From IMG/VR virus record IMGVR_UViG_3300022562_002256, positions 64,001-128,000 of that record: 64,000 nt of DNA; one strand, written 5' to 3'. Each line of letters begins with the position of its first letter. Position 1 is the first letter of the stretch. Shown in pieces: positions 38,139 through 47,345 of this stretch. A program made the translations under genes and the position numbers. The notes under the pieces were generated by a model. It ran no database searches and was not told the DNA's origin. It worked only from the letters and a program-made list of their open reading frames with translations. The stretch is from a virus.

Positions 38139-38465
38139 ATGGCACAAGCGAAGACAAAGACAGGCTCAGGGGTGTCGGTGGCGAAGCGGGCGACATACAC
38201 GCAATGGGTGTGGCGCGGGCGGCTCGAGGAAATTGAGGAAGCCTTGGTGCGCAAGGCGAAGGCACGCGGTGTTGACTTCCGTGTGGAGGCCCTGGACGAA
38301 ATCGAGGCGGGACGCGATGAGGTGGGGTTCACCGAGGTGCTTGCCGGCATGGGCTACTCGTGCACGGACGTCGGCGCGGAAATCAACCTGGTGCGACAGC
38401 GGCTGGCCGACTCACTGCCCGCCTGGGAAAATCTCGCTTCGCCCCCGCGCGCGCTCGCGGCCTAA
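38139..38465 (+). CDS. Hypothetical protein
   Basis: TTGACA upstream; SD AGGAGGT. Confidence 0.65.
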   Translation: MAQAKTKTGSGVSVAKRATYTQWVWRGRLEEIEEALVRKAKARGVDFRVEALDEIEAGRDEVGFTEVLAGMGYSCTDVGAEINLVRQRLADSLPAWENLASPPRALAA

Positions 38466-38504
38466 CCGCCCTGACGGCGACGGAAGCCATCGAGAAAGGG
38501 CGCC

Positions 38505-38738
38505 ATGACCTACGCGGCTGAGTATCTCGTTTCGATCCACACGCCCGACTACAACGCGGTCTATCGGATGTGGTACGGGCGCGAGTGCGACCCGGACTTC
38601 GTCGAGGCGTTCGTCAAACTGACGCCGGGGGAGACGCTGCTCGGGACATGGCGGCGTCTCACCGGGATGTCAGTGCCGACTGGCATGGAGCGGTGGACTC
38701 CGCCTCCGCCGCTCAAGGCGTCGTCGGCCACTCAGTGA
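38505..38738 (+). CDS. Hypothetical protein
   Basis: Protein-like ORF. Confidence 0.55.
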   Translation: MTYAAEYLVSIHTPDYNAVYRMWYGRECDPDFVEAFVKLTPGETLLGTWRRLTGMSVPTGMERWTPPPPLKASSATQ

Positions 38739-39463
38739 ACGACCACCACCCAAGGGTGGTCTAGGGCGTCGACGCTGTAGTCCTTCATCGCGTGGACGGC
38801 ACCGTCGGGGTCTTCCCAGGCGTCCCTGGGTGAGCTGGGCGCCCCCTTCCAATTCAACACGGCAGTGGTGTCCGCCGCTGTGGATGTATTCCGAAGGCAC
38901 ACCAGAAACCACCCGCTGGCCGGGATGGTTGTAGGTGGCAGCGGCGTCGCCAACTCTTGGACACCTGCAAGAAGCACGCCACCTTTCGGGACACCTGCGC
39001 CGAACTCAAGCGTGCGCTCGACGGCACCTGCGCCACACGCGACGTCGATGGGGTCGATAAGAGGCGACACCGTGCCCGCGGTGATGGTCCACGGGTCGGT
39101 GATGGTGAACGGGTCGACCGCGACAGCGAATCGCACCTCGGTGACGGTCTGGGAGGTGCACAACGGCCCGAACAGCACGCGAACGTACGACCCGTCCTCG
39201 ACTGGGCCGATAGGCGGAACAGCGACGAAGCCGACTCCATCTACGGCCTCCGTGGCGAGGTCGGCGAGATCGAACGGCACGTTGGCGAGCGAGTCGTCGC
39301 AAGCGCCGGAGCCACCCGCGCCGCCTACGGCGTCGCCGCCACCGCCACCTGTCCCACCGCCGCCCGCGCCGACGTCGGTGGCGTCACTCCCATCCATCAC
39401 CGCCGATGAACACCCCAACAACAACGCCCCAACCACGATCGTCCAGCCTGTTCTTCGCATCAT
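38732..39463 (-). CDS. Lipoprotein with Gly-rich linker (myxobacterial style)
   Basis: Lipobox LLGC; GAGGGGTGGGGG; beta-rich domain; opposite strand to its neighbours. Confidence 0.75.
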   Translation of the reverse strand: MMRRTGWTIVVGALLLGCSSAVMDGSDATDVGAGGGGTGGGGGDAVGGAGGSGACDDSLANVPFDLADLATEAVDGVGFVAVPPIGPVEDGSYVRVLFGPLCTSQTVTEVRFAVAVDPFTITDPWTITAGTVSPLIDPIDVACGAGAVERTLEFGAGVPKGGVLLAGVQELATPLPPTTIPASGWFLVCLRNTSTAADTTAVLNWKGAPSSPRDAWEDPDGAVHAMKDYSVDALDHPWVVVVH

Positions 39464-39527
39464 ATCTTTGCTCCTTGGGCGAGATGCCCGCGCGGTGTGT
39501 AGCCGCTCGTTCGGCGACGCGCCACGG

Positions 39528-39556
39528 TGGCAACACCGCTCTTGGATGGTTATGGT
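39528..39556 (+). promoter_or_regulatory. Promoter TGGCAA-N17-TATGGT (TGGTTA class) with leader hairpin at 39558-39578
   Basis: CGGAGAGC-N5-GCTCTCCG, then GGAGG SD. Confidence 0.6.
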
Positions 39557-39588
39557 GCGGAGAGCCGATTGCTCTCCGGTGGAGGATC

Positions 39589-40785
39589 ATGGACGTAAGC
39601 GATGACACGGTGTACAAGGCGTATCTTACCGCATATCGCGGCAGCTACGTGCCGCCCCTGTCGGCGAAGCACTTGGCCGCGGCGGCAATTGCTGATAAGG
39701 ACAGGGAAGAAAAGCGGGAGCCGCGCACGGGGGCACAGGTGGTGGCGTGGGTGGCAGCGCTGTTCGACGTCGGAGGAGCGCCGACAAGTGGGCAGACGGA
39801 CGCAGCGACGGATGCATCGAACTTGGCGGGGTTGCTCACGGTCATCGATCCACCCGGCGAGCGGAAGACGCCAAACCCGCTGCTGGGCAAGAGGCACGCC
39901 TTCGCCGAGGCCGACGCCGCTCGACGAGCGAGGGATGGTCACTCCGTCCCCGAGGTTCGCCCCGGAGACATCCTGCGGTTGAAGCCCCACCTTGGTCGTG
40001 GGGAGGTGATGGTGGTGTGTGACACCATCGCTGGCAGGGCTGTTCGGTTGGCCACCGCCACCGGTGCGCCGCAGTTGGTGGGGATGATGACGACCGAAGT
40101 TGTCTATGGCGCATATGACATCGTGTGGGCGCTCGACACGCCGGTGTCGTTTCAGTTCGCTCACGGTTGGTGGTTGGCGACGACGAAGGGGTGCGCCGAC
40201 CCGGTGCGAGTTGCGTTGGACATCGAGGAAGCCGTGGCGGCGGCAGATGCTGCCAGGAAGGAGGGCGACTGCCGGTCGCTCCGCACTCTCCTCGATATCT
40301 CTGTGGCGCTTGTCGCGCTCGCGCTTCGGAACGACGCCGCTGCTGGTTCGACGGCGCCGGTGCCATCCACCCCAGCGGCACCGAACCCGCTCATGGTTCC
40401 GGCATCGCAGGCACTTTTGTCATGGCTCCCCCGCGACGTCGACGGTCCCGCTCATGGGGCGGTGGCGCGCTTGCTTGAGCTTCGGGGCACCCGTGAAGGC
40501 GTGCCTCCGACATCGGGGGCGATCGAGAACGGCATGGATGTCATCGCATGGCTGGCCGAGGCGGGCTTCGTCCCGAGTGATGTGTCGGCCGACGTGCTCG
40601 GGGGCGTGGCGCTGTGGTTCGTGCCGACTTCGGCACGTCGGGACGACACTAGGTATGTGTGGATTTCGTGCATGAATGACGGCTCGTCGGCAGTAGTGTA
40701 CGACGGGTCACGCGGGGTCGATGGGCGCCCGTTCACCAAGGGCGAGGTGGCCAAGATTAAGGAATTCCTTGAGGAGGAACCGTGA
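39589..40785 (+). CDS. Hypothetical multidomain protein
   Basis: SD GGAGG; 398 aa. Confidence 0.65.
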   Translation: MDVSDDTVYKAYLTAYRGSYVPPLSAKHLAAAAIADKDREEKREPRTGAQVVAWVAALFDVGGAPTSGQTDAATDASNLAGLLTVIDPPGERKTPNPLLGKRHAFAEADAARRARDGHSVPEVRPGDILRLKPHLGRGEVMVVCDTIAGRAVRLATATGAPQLVGMMTTEVVYGAYDIVWALDTPVSFQFAHGWWLATTKGCADPVRVALDIEEAVAAADAARKEGDCRSLRTLLDISVALVALALRNDAAAGSTAPVPSTPAAPNPLMVPASQALLSWLPRDVDGPAHGAVARLLELRGTREGVPPTSGAIENGMDVIAWLAEAGFVPSDVSADVLGGVALWFVPTSARRDDTRYVWISCMNDGSSAVVYDGSRGVDGRPFTKGEVAKIKEFLEEEP

Positions 40786-41453
40786 GTCTTGTCGCTGAGA
40801 TTGTTGCTGTCAGCCGCGTCGCCGACGATGTTGCGGACGGGGAGCTTTTGGAGTTCTTGAAGGCGCACTCAGCCTGCACGCTTGATGAGGCATACGACCG
40901 CGCACCCCCGACCGTGCTAGTCCGGTGGGCTAGCTTGCGGGGCTTGAGCCGGCAGGACCATCTGCGCGTCGCCTTAGCGGTGGCGCGGCTCGTGGTGCCG
41001 CGGCTGTGGTATGCTCGCGATGTCGTGCGGGGGGCGCTCGACGCCGTAGAGGCAGGCGGGGGCGTTTGTGGACTGCGCGAGGTGATTGGCGCTGTCGAGC
41101 AGCACCAACAAATCCACCACCACTCGCCGAGGCGGGCTGGGGACAGTGGCCCCCATCCAATGAGCGAGCGCGGTGAGATGTATTGGACGGACTGTGCGGC
41201 GTGTAGTGCCGCACACGCGTGTCTCGACGCGGTCGTCGCGTCGGAGTCCCATGGCGACTGGCTGCGCATCTTCACAGCGAGTGCGGTAGACTGGGCGACA
41301 TGGGCGGCTGCAGCAACGGGGGGCTGCTGGGGAAGAGTTGACGAAGCGAGGCCGAGCGAGCCCCTCCCCGCCGATGCGATACGCAAGGTCTGCGAGGCGC
41401 TCATCCCCCGAGCCATGTTCCACCACCAACCGCAACCCACAGAGCAACGATGA
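40782..41453 (+). CDS. Hypothetical protein
   Basis: GTGA coupling. Confidence 0.6.
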   Translation: MSLVAEIVAVSRVADDVADGELLEFLKAHSACTLDEAYDRAPPTVLVRWASLRGLSRQDHLRVALAVARLVVPRLWYARDVVRGALDAVEAGGGVCGLREVIGAVEQHQQIHHHSPRRAGDSGPHPMSERGEMYWTDCAACSAAHACLDAVVASESHGDWLRIFTASAVDWATWAAAATGGCWGRVDEARPSEPLPADAIRKVCEALIPRAMFHHQPQPTEQR

Positions 41454-42049
41454 AGCGCCCACCCGATCCAGTTGACCCCTCCCCTGCCCCGGCGCCGGCG
41501 GTCAAGATAGCCACCCGCGATGCCCGTTACGACGCGGTGATGAAGTACCACAATCGCATCGCCGCAACTGGCGCGCCGGAGTTGACACCCGACGCGCTGA
41601 CGACGGCCATCGCCGAGGGGCGGGAGTTGCGAGCGGGGCTCGAACCCAGGCTGGCCGCGATGCAGCAGGACCCGCTCGCGGCACGGGTCGGAGCCGTGCG
41701 GTTCGGCGCTTCCGTGCCGCTCGACGACCCCGAGTTCTGGGAGGTGTGGAAAGCGGCTGGATGCGTAGGCGGCGCTGGCGTGTCACACCTGTGGGGCATA
41801 CCCAGCGAGAGGCTTGAGGTGGCTTTGCGGCGGTACTGGCGCGGTGAGGGCGACGCGATCACGTTGCTGGCCCCGCTGTTGTTCGAGGCATGGGGACCGA
41901 GGCGAGCGGTCATGTGTAGTGGTGATGCACTCCTTGAGTGCGGCGGCTACTGCGATGGGTGTCCGCGGTGCACCGGATCCTGGCCATCTTATAGTGAGGT
42001 GCCCAAACACAGGCCGTCCGTGCCTTCGGGCAAGACAGAGGAGACGTGA
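41450..42049 (+). CDS. Hypothetical protein
   Basis: ATGA coupling. Confidence 0.55.
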   Translation: MKRPPDPVDPSPAPAPAVKIATRDARYDAVMKYHNRIAATGAPELTPDALTTAIAEGRELRAGLEPRLAAMQQDPLAARVGAVRFGASVPLDDPEFWEVWKAAGCVGGAGVSHLWGIPSERLEVALRRYWRGEGDAITLLAPLLFEAWGPRRAVMCSGDALLECGGYCDGCPRCTGSWPSYSEVPKHRPSVPSGKTEET

Positions 42050-42068
42050 CGGTGGCCCCCCACCGCTG

Positions 42069-42230
42069 TCACTTGTCGGGTCGTTTCCCGCGGTAGGGCA
42101 GTCGCTTGACCTGCCTGATTGCCTTTTTGATGCGGCGGCGGACCCGCCGCCGGTCGCCAGGGTGCTTGAGTTTTGACGCCTCGCGCAAGGCGTCGATGAG
42201 GGCCGCGTACACGGCGTTGACGGTCTTCAT
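42069..42230 (-). CDS. Small basic protein (53 aa)
   Basis: ATG 14 nt after the -12 C of a sigma-54-like site. Confidence 0.6.
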   Translation of the reverse strand: MKTVNAVYAALIDALREASKLKHPGDRRRVRRRIKKAIRQVKRLPYRGKRPDK

Positions 42231-42242
42231 GCCCCGCTGTCT

Positions 42243-42258
42243 TGCACTGTCCGTGCCA
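42243..42258 (-). promoter_or_regulatory. sigma-54-like -24/-12 site TGGCAC-GGACA-GTGCA
   Basis: Exact motif, intergenic. Confidence 0.75.
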
Positions 42259-42370
42259 TCGTGGTGTGGTAGCCCCGCGGCGCGCTGGCCGTGTGTTGTC
42301 TTACGTGTGTGGATCGGGATCGATCCACGCCGCGTCAATGATTTCGAGCACTTGGCCGCGTCGGCTGGGC

Positions 42371-42473
42371 GTGGCATGTTGCCACGGTGTGGCAGACCGC
42401 CACACGTTGCAGAACCAGCACTCAGGTGGCTGCCAGCGCGCGACCCTGGAACGAATCCGTGGCAGAACGCCAC
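42371..42473. promoter_or_regulatory. Putative enhancer: core AGCACTCAGGTGGCTGCCA (42417-42435) plus three GTGGC-N5-GCCAC palindromes
   Basis: Palindromes at 42371, 42389 and 42459; core matches the 53774 copy with 1 mismatch and the 55692 copy with 2. Confidence 0.65.
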
Positions 42474-42574
42474 AACCAATACTGAACACCACCAAACCAC
42501 TGAATAAGACATGGACGAGCGGCGGAGCGCAGGGCGGGGCATGTGCTTCAAGCCCGTGCGCAAGAGGGCGAGGG

Positions 42575-42590
42575 TGGCACGGGTAGTGCA
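42575..42590 (+). promoter_or_regulatory. sigma-54-like site TGGCAC-GGGTA-GTGCA
   Basis: Exact motif; no ATG at the usual distance. Confidence 0.7.
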
Positions 42591-42759
42591 AGGCGTACGT
42601 TGTCCGTGCACCGGCCAGGAGTTGCGACCTTGTTCGCAACGTTTTAACGGTCGCGTATCCCGGTGTGATAGTCGAGGCTTGTTGGTAACAGCGAGACCTC
42701 GCTAGCCGCCCCGTCGTGCCCTACGGTTTCGGCGGGGGGGTAGTGATGCTCCCCCCAGG

Positions 42760-42775
42760 TGGCACAAGTAGTGCA
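42760..42775 (+). promoter_or_regulatory. sigma-54-like site TGGCAC-AAGTA-GTGCA
   Basis: ATG 42789 is 15 nt after the -12 C. Confidence 0.75.
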
Positions 42776-42788
42776 AGAAAACTTGAGC

Positions 42789-43328
42789 ATGCAGGCCCCC
42801 TCCGATGTCGTCTCCCCCTCCACTCATCCCTTCGAGCGTGCTGGGTTGGGCAAGGCGCCCTTCCGCTGCGTGGGGATGTCGGTCGAGCAGTACCAGGCGA
42901 TTCCGGGCGACCCGAGCTGCCCTATGCAGCCGGGCGCGTCGTGCGACTACTGCGGGCAGGGCATCATGCTTGTCTACCGCATCCAGGGTGTGGACGGGGC
43001 GAGGTTCAAGGTGGGGTGCGACTGTGTGCGGAAGACGGGGGACACGCGACTTGTCGCCCAAGCCTCCGACTTGGAGCGCAAGCATAACCGCGCGCTCGCG
43101 GCGTCGCGCAAGGCGAAGAAGCTCGCCAGCCGCGCAGAGCGCAACGCCGTCGAGCTGGCGGACGTGCTTGCCAGCCTCGACGAACTCGCTGGCCACCCCG
43201 CTGTTAGCCAGTGGGGGCGGGGCTTCGCGCAGGACGTGGCGAAGCGCATCCGGGCGGGGAAGATGGGCGCTCTCAGCACACCGCAAGCCCAGACCCTTGC
43301 GAAGCTCAGGGGCGAGGTGGGGCCGTGA
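42789..43328 (+). CDS. Phage Zn-binding hypothetical protein
   Basis: HPFERAGLGKAPFR, CDYCG, FKVGCDCV. Confidence 0.7.
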   Translation: MQAPSDVVSPSTHPFERAGLGKAPFRCVGMSVEQYQAIPGDPSCPMQPGASCDYCGQGIMLVYRIQGVDGARFKVGCDCVRKTGDTRLVAQASDLERKHNRALAASRKAKKLASRAERNAVELADVLASLDELAGHPAVSQWGRGFAQDVAKRIRAGKMGALSTPQAQTLAKLRGEVGP

Positions 43329-43579
43329 CGGCTCGCTTAGAACGCAGCCCCCATCGGGCCAGAGCACGCAAGTCCGGGCGCTACACCGCTAGCCCGCTGT
43401 GTGACGCGTGTGGCAAGCCGTGCGGAACGGCTTACTTCACAGACGACGAGGTCTGTGGGGGCACGGACGGCCCTGGGTTTTTCCTGTACGAGCGGCGTTC
43501 GTGTATTGTGGCACGTAGCTTGCCGGTGGAGGAGCGGCGGGCGCTGTACACCCGCATGCGCGCCTTGCAGGAGAACTGA
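43325..43579 (+). CDS. Hypothetical protein
   Basis: CDACGK; GTGA coupling. Confidence 0.55.
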   Translation: MTARLERSPHRARARKSGRYTASPLCDACGKPCGTAYFTDDEVCGGTDGPGFFLYERRSCIVARSLPVEERRALYTRMRALQEN

Positions 43580-43580
43580 G

Positions 43581-44525
43581 ATGAGACTCGCACTACCAGA
43601 TACCGCGCTGCCCGTTGACGAGATCGTCGTGGCTACGTTTGATCTTACCGACGTCGCCGTAGACGGCGGGCACCCCACGGTCGAGGAGATCGTCGATCTC
43701 GCTCTTGACCCGTACCAAGAGGTAGATATCCCGGACGGGAGCGTTCTCGCCGAGTCGGTCGAGCAAGACGAGGTGGTGCGTTTTGTGCGTGACGCGCACG
43801 CGCTCGGCGCGCGAGGGGTGCACCATCTTCTCGCTCGGATCGAGTCCTATGCACCACCCCCGCTCCCTCTCGAGTCGGTCGAGCCAGCCCTACCCGTGGC
43901 TCTGGCATCCCCGCAGCCCCCTCGTCCGCCGGTGCCTGACGCGGAGCTTGATGATCGCCTCGCGGCATGGAGGCGAGCCCTGCAAGGAGGCGACACGGTG
44001 GGGGCGCTTCGTGCGTGGCGGGCACTGCGTGCCGGCGCGACTGACCCTCCCTGGGAATACCTCGGACCCACGCCGGGGTATCGGGCGTGGGCGGACGCCG
44101 CTGCGCGAGTGTCTCAGCCCCACTACGGTGGGACCACGCGCGTCGATGAGGACGGGTATGAGGAGCACACCACAGGGTGGTGTGAGGGGGGCACCAACCC
44201 CATCCCGTCCGACTGGGTCGTCGATGGGTACGAACATAACTACCGATGGTATGGGGGCAGTTCGTCGGGGGAGCGCCGGCGGTCTCTTGAGGCTGTGGCA
44301 AGAGCCGCGAGGTGGCGGGCTGCACTGCCGACGGCGATAGCCGAGCCAGGGGCGGAGGCGTTTTTCGCCACCCTGCCCATGGACGAGCTCGGCGGTCCTC
44401 CCTACACCGATGCTATCGGGGTAATGGAGGGGCGCGCCCTCCAGGGGCGCGGTCGACGTTGGAAGCCACCGCCGAACGTGGTGGGGGCTATTGCGATTCT
44501 TAGAGGAGAAAGAGGAGGAGTGTAA
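43581..44525 (+). CDS. Hypothetical protein
   Basis: SD AGGAG. Confidence 0.65.
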   Translation: MRLALPDTALPVDEIVVATFDLTDVAVDGGHPTVEEIVDLALDPYQEVDIPDGSVLAESVEQDEVVRFVRDAHALGARGVHHLLARIESYAPPPLPLESVEPALPVALASPQPPRPPVPDAELDDRLAAWRRALQGGDTVGALRAWRALRAGATDPPWEYLGPTPGYRAWADAAARVSQPHYGGTTRVDEDGYEEHTTGWCEGGTNPIPSDWVVDGYEHNYRWYGGSSSGERRRSLEAVARAARWRAALPTAIAEPGAEAFFATLPMDELGGPPYTDAIGVMEGRALQGRGRRWKPPPNVVGAIAILRGERGGV

Positions 44526-44526
44526 C

Positions 44527-44826
44527 ATGAGATACGCTGGAGAGGTCGACGGGCAGAGGGTAACGATCGGTCAGCAGGCGTTGGTCGCGGTGTTGGTCCC
44601 CGCCTACCCCGTTTGTGGGGCGAGCGGGCGGATTCGCGACGTCGCGGCGATCGATGTGCGCCCGGCGGTGATTGAGACGGTGACACCCCTCACCCTGCGC
44701 GACTCGCGGGGCGAGGTGCACGAGGCTTTCCGGTACGAGGAGCCCGTCGTGAGGGATGGGTGCATCGCGATGGAGGGAGGTACGTGGTGTTGGCCCCCTT
44801 TCGCCCAGTCTTGCCGCAAGGCGTGA
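44527..44826 (+). CDS. Hypothetical protein
   Basis: SD GGAGGAG. Confidence 0.6.
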   Translation: MRYAGEVDGQRVTIGQQALVAVLVPAYPVCGASGRIRDVAAIDVRPAVIETVTPLTLRDSRGEVHEAFRYEEPVVRDGCIAMEGGTWCWPPFAQSCRKA

Positions 44827-44955
44827 GCGATAGCCGACAGGCTGGGCCAGAAGCCTCCCATCCATCTATAACGCCGACACGCGCAGACGCTTGGAGCTCG
44901 ACGGATGGGAGGCAGCTCTTCTTAGTGTTTTCCCAAGCCTCTCGCAAGCCGCGGC

Positions 44956-44992
44956 TTGACTCTCGCTCATGGTAGTGATATCACTACCATGA
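44956..44992 (+). promoter_or_regulatory. Promoter TTGACT-N17-TATCAC overlapped by a perfect 26-bp palindrome
   Basis: TCATGGTAGTGATATCACTACCATGA at 44967-44992 covers the -10 box and ATG. Confidence 0.75.
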
Positions 44993-45459
44993 TGAGCAAG
45001 GACACGCTGCGCCTCACTCGACAGGCCCAACACCTCAGTCGTGCGGCGCTGAGCAAGACGACCGGGGTACACCCAACGCTGGTCTTCAACGTCGAGACCG
45101 GGGCGCAGCCGATGCCCGGCCGGTACGTCGGTGCATGGGCTGATGCCCTGCACCTGCCTCGCGAAGCGGTCGAGCGCTACGTTGGCGGCGCCGTCAAGCT
45201 GTACGGCCTCACGGCGCATCAGCGCGCGTTCGTTAGCAAGTTGGTGGACCTACTCGCGTGGGGTGGCGAGGAACTCCGGGGGGAGCCGTTGCTGCCGACG
45301 CTGGAGCCCGACGGAGCCGCGGAATTGGACCATATCGCGAGGTTGTCCGACGCTGAGGTGGACGAGGAGTTGCTAGGGCGCAACCTGGAGCCGGCTGAGG
45401 TGCGCGCTCTTGGCGAGGAGTTTGTCACTAAGGCACTGATGGATCGGCTGCGCCCATGA
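44989..45459 (+). CDS. XRE-family HTH regulator
   Basis: LRLTRQAQHLSRAALSKTTGVHPTLVFNVETG..WADAL. Confidence 0.75.
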   Translation: MMSKDTLRLTRQAQHLSRAALSKTTGVHPTLVFNVETGAQPMPGRYVGAWADALHLPREAVERYVGGAVKLYGLTAHQRAFVSKLVDLLAWGGEELRGEPLLPTLEPDGAAELDHIARLSDAEVDEELLGRNLEPAEVRALGEEFVTKALMDRLRP

Positions 45460-45650
45460 GACCACACCACCACCCCTCGGGGGGTAGACCCATCGACTCA
45501 AGCCCCACCTACGTCGCCTGTTCGCTGTGTGGCAAGGCCACCACGGTGCGCGTCGGTGAGGTGCCGCTACCTGTTCGACACGCGGCTTGCCACGAGGCGT
45601 TCATGCGCACTCGAACGCCCACAGGGCAGCCGAAAAGGGCCCATCGATGA
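45456..45650 (+). CDS. Small Zn-finger protein
   Basis: CSLC, HAAC. Confidence 0.45.
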   Translation: MRPHHHPSGGRPIDSSPTYVACSLCGKATTVRVGEVPLPVRHAACHEAFMRTRTPTGQPKRAHR

Positions 45651-46141
45651 CTCAGTTCACGCCAAACGACGCGCAGTGGTGCATCGACTGCGGCGAGATG
45701 GAGGCGTCGAGCCCCGCTGGGCGTTGTCGTGATTGCGACCATTCCTACCTGTTCGCCGCGGGGTCGTGTCGCGAGTGCCTGCGTTGGATCATCCGCGAGG
45801 ACATCGGCGGCCCTGCAGCCGACCAACACGCGGTGCCATGCACCTTGCGCGCGAGCGGCGCCGACTGCTATCCGCGTGACGAGGCGGAGAACCTCCTCAT
45901 CCGGCAACGCAAGGGCTACCCGGGTGTGCCACCGCTGTCGCTCACCTACCCTGCACCCACCGCCACCCGGGCCGAAGTCGACGCGTGGTACAAAGCGCAC
46001 GCGCCACCACCGGAGCCCCCTCACGAGGCGCCGCCGGTCGCAAACGGGCCGTCGCCCGTGTGCTCGGCGTGCGGAGTGGTTAGGATCAAGGCACTCGGCC
46101 CTCCGTTCTGCGAGGGGTGCCGTCGGAGCATGGATATATGA
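45647..46141 (+). CDS. Cys-rich hypothetical protein
   Basis: Several CxxC pairs. Confidence 0.55.
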   Translation: MTQFTPNDAQWCIDCGEMEASSPAGRCRDCDHSYLFAAGSCRECLRWIIREDIGGPAADQHAVPCTLRASGADCYPRDEAENLLIRQRKGYPGVPPLSLTYPAPTATRAEVDAWYKAHAPPPEPPHEAPPVANGPSPVCSACGVVRIKALGPPFCEGCRRSMDI

Positions 46142-47043
46142 ACGACACAGCAACGTCGACGACCACCCCCGAGCTCGAGTCAGCGCGCCGGGTGCTCGCC
46201 GCACTGAGGGCCTACGACGACGCGGGCCATGACCCAGGCTCGATGGAGGACCGTATGGCCCTGGCCGTCGTACTACGCGCACTCGACGGTCACGATGCGG
46301 GGTACATCTTTGGGTTCGACGCGGTGCTTAACGGCAGAACGCCCGTCGCCGAGGCACCACCATCCACCGGCCGCACATTGCCGCCGCCGACCGAGGCAGA
46401 AGCGCGCGCGATCGTGGCGGCGAGGTGTGACGATGGGGTTTCGAGGCCGGATGGGTGGCTGGAGTCGCTCACCGAGTCCCTCATGGCCGCGTGGCGCGAA
46501 CCCCAGAACCAGGCAGACATCCGCATCCTCCGGGCGGGTATCGCCATCGGAAGAGCCCGCGCGATGGCATCGCGCGGCAGGACCGAGTCGCCGGGCAAGT
46601 CCATGCCAGCGGTGCCCCATGAGCTCGATGAGCAACTTGCCGACATGCTAACGCCACAAGACCTCGGCGATGGTGGCGTGGTTCAGCTCGACCCGACCTA
46701 CGTGCGCGCTGTGGGGGTCGTGCTCAAGGCTATCGTAGGTCCAGATACGGGCATCCCAACCCCGGTGCTGTACGCCACGCCCGAGGCCACCATCCGGGCA
46801 GAGTGGTCGATTCGGCCGCGAGATGTTGTTGTGGATATCGGCCCGGCAGCCGGCATGAACATCACTGATGGGGTTGCCATCCACGCGTTTGCGGTCGACG
46901 TTGCCCCACCTGGATCAGTTGACGAGGCGACGTTCAGTTTGCCTCACGATCGTGGGGTTGAGCCGGTGGTCGAGTGGCTGCGTAGGTGGGTTATTCCACC
47001 TACGCCGAAGGGGTCGACGGGCGGCACACCGGAGGCACCATGA
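46138..47043 (+). CDS. Hypothetical protein
   Basis: ATGA coupling. Confidence 0.6.
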   Translation: MNDTATSTTTPELESARRVLAALRAYDDAGHDPGSMEDRMALAVVLRALDGHDAGYIFGFDAVLNGRTPVAEAPPSTGRTLPPPTEAEARAIVAARCDDGVSRPDGWLESLTESLMAAWREPQNQADIRILRAGIAIGRARAMASRGRTESPGKSMPAVPHELDEQLADMLTPQDLGDGGVVQLDPTYVRAVGVVLKAIVGPDTGIPTPVLYATPEATIRAEWSIRPRDVVVDIGPAAGMNITDGVAIHAFAVDVAPPGSVDEATFSLPHDRGVEPVVEWLRRWVIPPTPKGSTGGTPEAP

Positions 47044-47345
47044 GCGTACCTTACACCATCTGCATGCCACAACACACAGCAGCGGAGTTCTGGCGGATCA
47101 TTCACAGATGCCAGGGGGGCCCGGCGGCGCTTTGTTCTGCGCTGTGCGCGCTCCTCGGCGACCGCGTGACCGACACTCTCGTGCGGGAGGCCAAGAAAGG
47201 GTGCTGCATCCGCGTGGTGACCGAACCACCGGCCACCCGCGTAAACGCACACAACTTCGACCCGTGGACGACGCCGGAAGCCGTAGCTTGTGGTGTCATC
47301 GACCTCGTCCAGCCGTGGCAGGAGGTTGAGGTGACGGTCGCATGA
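47040..47345 (+). CDS. Hypothetical protein
   Basis: SD GGAGG. Confidence 0.55.
   Translation: MSVPYTICMPQHTAAEFWRIIHRCQGGPAALCSALCALLGDRVTDTLVREAKKGCCIRVVTEPPATRVNAHNFDPWTTPEAVACGVIDLVQPWQEVEVTVA

Noticed and set aside
43509-43524. TGGCAC-GTAGC-TTGCC
   Set aside because: Within a CDS and spacing to the next ATG does not fit; treated as chance
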